Notes under the pieces: generated by a model
What the model was told of the DNA's origin: nothing
Database searches by the model: none
The model's input: only the letters and a program-made list of their open reading frames with translations
Made by a program: the position numbers and the translations under genes
Shown: piece by piece, positions 61,201-64,000 of the stretch
How positions within the stretch are numbered: the first letter of the stretch is position 1
Layout: each line of letters begins with the position of its first letter
NCBI GenBank assembly: GCA_036172245.1
Contig: JAYWIR010000024.1
Span: 1,984,001 to 2,048,000 of the forward strand
DNA length: 64,000 nt
Direction of reading: 5' to 3'
Origin: Raillietiella orientalis
Lineage: Eukaryota

Positions 61201-64000
61201 GTATGTCGTGCAACGAATGTGTTTTCGGATTATTTTGGATGTGTTTTGGAAGAAGCGTAATTATTCGAGATTCTGTGGCTCTTGGAATGCATGATGTGGC
61301 ACGCCGTGATATGTGTTCATTCTGTCACGTGGAAAATTTTCGATTGGCCACTGATGCAAACGATGCGAAACTCCAAATTTGATTTGATTAAAGCGAATTG
61401 AAATTGTACAGTATAGCACACATTTATAACCGTGTTAAAGCTGTATGAACATTCACCCCTCTTCGTCTCAAACATCACTCATTAAGGAAGAAAATATGCA
61501 TGCAAGTAAACGTACGTGTACATTCCTATTAGACGAAGACTTACAAATACATACATAAGCACACATATATATGTGACTGAATTTACATATAGGATAGCCA
61601 TTCCTTCCGCTTATTTCGATCCTCGTAGATGATTCGTCTGAAACGACATCATGATAAATGTTCTTTAAGTGTCTATTAGTGCCTCGAATTGGAAGGCTAC
61701 GCATACCACAGGCACAAAAAACTCCGACGATTCTTCGTGATTCTGAATCTCTATGAAATTAAACACTCTTAAATTTCTCATAGGACGATGGAACGAGGAA
61801 GGGTTTGTGCTCCCACCTTGGAGAATCTGCTAGACTTTCTAGAAGTCACGATGAGAGAGAAACGTGGAAGTCTGCATCATTCTTGGTTGACTAGAAGGAC
61901 GTGAGGGACCGGAATCGGCAAGCTGAACATCACACTTCTTGAGCATCCATGTGGTCCGTGCTTTCGAATTGTGTCGACCTGAGGCTTGTTGCGACACCAT
62001 GTGCACACGTGAGGTATACCAGCATACCTCTGCACACACGAATCTGCATCTGTGCTGCACCACAACCGTGTTTTGTTACTCTTCCCAGTCCGACTCTTTC
62101 CATCGACCAATCTTGCAGCTTCAGCAGCAGCTACTCTTGTGCTGCACCTTACCGCCATTCGGCTGGTTACCGGATGGACTACGGAACTTTGCCTCTTCAT
62201 CCTGCTGAGGGTCCTTTTCAAAGTTGTTGCGAACGGAAGCCCAGGTTCACCACTGTCTCATACCGTGGGCAGCATCTTCTTTGTGCCCCTTCCACAATCC
62301 GAAAGAACAATCAGGGCAGTCATCAGTTCGCAAGCACCGTCCCGGAAGAGAGATTCGAAAGCCCGCTCGCGGAGAGGAGTCTTTGACTACGACTTTCTGC
62401 CTACCGATAAAACAGCAAATGCGAAAGAAGGAAACTGTTTGCCAATGAAGCAATCTGAAAAGCAAATTAGAAAACTCGGATTACTCCGATGTTCTTCTGA
62501 TGGCATATGGGGAAAAAAGAAAGAAAGAATGATGCGAAAGTAATCTTCCTCCGCCAGAAAAAAAATAAAATGATGCCATGTTAACGAATCAAGCTTGCGG
62601 AGGCTGGCCAAAGCCCTACCATGATGGAATTTTCTCCCTGACCAACATAGGAAAGAAAGTTGTTCCGTTTAATTTTCTTTAATGATACTTTGCTAAATCA
62701 AACTTTGGAAAAATCGGCGTACGGATTTCTCATCTTGAATCGAATTATCGCGTATTGGATTAATAAGCGTGAAGAATGCGCTGTTTGAAAGGGCAAGAAA
62801 AAAAAAAAAAACAAGAGGTGAAAACAAAGAAACCTAACTGTTTCTTAAGACCGAGATGAGGAAACAGGAAAACCTATCTGACTCTCAGGCGGGAATCACT
62901 CAGATCTTCTCTTGAACTTTCTTGGATTCCCGGAAAGATGAAGAGGACTGGCTGCGGAGTCCGTTTTGACAAACGCAACGCAGAGAGAGGCAGAACAAAA
63001 TGTCAAGCAAAACGTTCAAGCACGTGTACGTGGCCCGTCCTTACTCGGACAGCTCCAGGTGCCCCCGGCGAATCGTCTAAGTGATGAGAAGCTACTGCTG
63101 CAGCGTGCTGCCAAACAGTAGGCAAAAGGATGCAACACGCAGGACGCCCACTCTGCGCTCCCTCGAGCACTCCCAGGATACGAAAACATCGTTCTAATTG
63201 CGATACATCGGAAGGATGGAGAAATCCGTCTCTGACGTAACACGAACACTCGTCTTCCATCTAGTTCCGAGAACTCCACGGTGTGAGTCATCAATAAACC
63301 ATACACAATTTCGCCAAGTCTGTAGGCTCCAGCTAGATGCACGAAGCTGCCAGCTATTTTCTGAATTCTGCCGAAACGGAATATCCCAGGTGTTCGAGTT
63401 ACAAGTGTGGGTGCTTCCGTCCAAAAACTGCTGAGCATCCTCCAGCAGATCTCTGCTCGCAGAAGAAGCGAGATTGCGTTGTAAGGAAATCAAACGACCG
63501 AAAGAGACGCAATCGGCCATTACAAGAGTGGACCAGAAACCAAGGCCAGAAAAGTCAAAGGTCGAAGACGAGAGCGAATGCTCCTGGATCCTGCTCCTTC
63601 TTTCTCGGGATGGGTCGCCTAGATCGTTGAAATAAACGCCCTTTTATGCAGGCAGGGGAACATAACGGTGCATGATATGCGTCGCCATGGAGTTCCTGCG
63701 TGGTTGAAAACGAAATATCGCGTTTCCCAGGCCAGTGAAAGGTGGCATCTCCAGGATTCGGCAATGTCGAGCTCTATGGAAACGGCATAGTGTTTCGCTG
63801 AAACCCAGGGGCAGCAGCTTACATTTAGAATCGCATCTCTACGCCTGGTTCTGGGGGCATTACAATAAGGGTGGAATTTCACACAACTTTCGCAATATTT
63901 CCGGAAGAGTAACGAGCAGCAGATTCTCTCACCAGTGTCTGTTTCATGATCAAAATCACCTCAATTCCAGGAGCTTCTTTCTAGGGCTTTGATGACGCCG

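Noticed and set aside
61950..62100. MULE SWIM zinc-finger remnant (DSCVQRYAGIPHVC)
   Set aside because: A single weak motif with cysteines missing.
1..64000. CRISPR array, prokaryotic operon or rRNA
   Set aside because: No regular repeat-spacer array or rRNA signature; spliceosomal introns and microsatellites show the DNA is eukaryotic.

Overview
Eukaryotic, most likely arthropod, genomic DNA. The first ~11.5 kb holds one convincing intact gene on the + strand: an ENL/AF9 orthologue (YEATS plus C-terminal AHD; 5 coding exons, about 490 aa) with an AT-rich, CpG-depleted 5' gene body. The remaining ~50 kb is a dense graveyard of short, frameshifted transposon pieces, mostly on the minus strand: about ten 3'-end-containing copies of one L1/Tx1-like LINE family, an internally deleted piggyBac with TIRs, a Helitron helicase remnant and probable Ty3/gypsy and hAT remnants. 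Host-gene fragments are mixed in, including a FATP pseudogene. Most notable: (i) a conserved, covarying RNA architecture in the LINE 3' UTR (H-type pseudoknot, hairpin, and a terminal hairpin after AATAAA, with little or no poly(A)); (ii) a near-identical 2.44-kb inverted repeat (47541-49979 / 53564-56001) whose flanks are homologous but diverged; (iii) repeated internally deleted, bipartite LINE copies; (iv) an 85-bp stretch in the piggyBac that reads like Rickettsiales/Wolbachia SucA; (v) a YEATS loop that naturally lacks the Pro-Pro bulge. Most ORFs in the supplied track are spurious GC-rich frames. Family assignments come from motif recognition by eye, not from database searches.
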